The translations under genes and the position numbers were made by a program. From the NCBI RefSeq assembly GCF_009834535.1, contig NC_045696.1, positions 15,068,001-15,132,000 of the forward strand: a stretch of 64,000 bases of DNA, in the 5' to 3' direction. How positions within the stretch are numbered: the first letter of the stretch is position 1; each line of letters begins with the position of its first letter. Below the pieces are notes generated by a model that saw nothing but the letters and a program-made list of their open reading frames with translations, searched no databases and was not told where the DNA came from. Source of the stretch: Camelus ferus (taxonomy: Eukaryota). Shown one piece after another: positions 63,257 through 64,000 of this stretch.

Positions 63257-63767
63257 GATGTAATCTAGGGTAAATGTTTAAGGACTCATTATAGAATTTA
63301 TGTGAATGTATCCATTGTCTGATTTTCTGGGTTTAAACAATATTTAAGCAAAGCAGTAAGATGACATCTAGATTTTTTAATTTTGGAAGAAGTAGAAAGT
63401 CCCTCTTCCTTGTCATATATGGGTTTACCTTACAGGGGGACGGTGTTTTTTAACTCATCTCATTCACTTGGCCAAACTCGGGATTGATATGAAAGGAATA
63501 AGATGTTTGTTTGCAGAAGAGAACAGTCTGTCCAATGAATGGAATCAAGGTGAAAGTCATTTAGAGTAAGCCAAAGGTTTTATTAACTTTTTATTAGTTA
63601 TTAGTAATGTGTGCTCAAATTCTTGATGAAGAAATAATACCTTAGAATAAGTCCTTTTAATTCAAATGATTAATTAGTGTTATGTGTATCTAATTGTTTT
63701 CAAATAATTTGAAATCATATTTATATATGAAAATTCAAATAAGAAATTTACTCACAATAATTATATA

Positions 63768-63950
63768 CTTAGAGTACCATGGGGTTGGAAAGAATCTTAG
63801 ATATCATACAGAGCACCTTTTCCTCAACTAGGGCATCTTTTATGTTGTGTCTCCCATGTGGAATCATGCAGGTCCTTTGGATACTCCAGCCAGGAAAGAT
63901 TTCACTGTGAGGGCAGGGCTACAAAATCCATTTCTGAACAATGCTGTCCA
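63768..63950 (-). mobile_element. CR1/L3 3' fragment
   Basis: ggggttggaaagaatcttagatatcatac...ggatactccagccaggaaagatttcactg resembles the reverse L3 3' end. Confidence 0.55.
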
Positions 63951-64000
63951 CCATATAGATTTGCTTCATAAAATCTGTTCTTTCTCAATTATCACTAGAT

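Overview
AT-rich eutherian (placental mammal) genomic DNA, intronic or intergenic. I could not identify any intact protein-coding gene, RNA gene or prokaryotic-type system. Every ORF in the track that resembles a real protein is a decayed transposon fragment (L1 ORF2, ERV-L gag, Charlie/hAT transposase). The window is a layered TE landscape: L2, MIR, CR1/L3, old L1M, MLT1/MLT2/LTR16 LTRs, MER44, MER20, and a near full-length Charlie2-like hAT split by a half ERV-L provirus. Younger cetartiodactyl-type L1 3' ends are also present. I saw no Alu, B1/B2, Bov-A/BovB, PRE-1, SINEC or ERE SINEs, which is most consistent with a camelid (inference). The structures not explained by TE annotation are: (1) a perfect 50-bp inverted repeat with arms 2.2 kb apart (55643-55692 / 57900-57949); (2) a 40-bp locally templated insertion with an 8-bp flanking duplication (11178-11217 copied to 12090-12129); (3) a strong 52-nt candidate exon (58956-59007); (4) twin-priming L1 inversions and a poly(A)-only retro-insertion; (5) an LTR16 pair around a CpG-rich spacer with splice donors. 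I found no convincing new multi-gene system. TE family names come from recalled consensus sequences, and boundaries are approximate unless TSDs are quoted.
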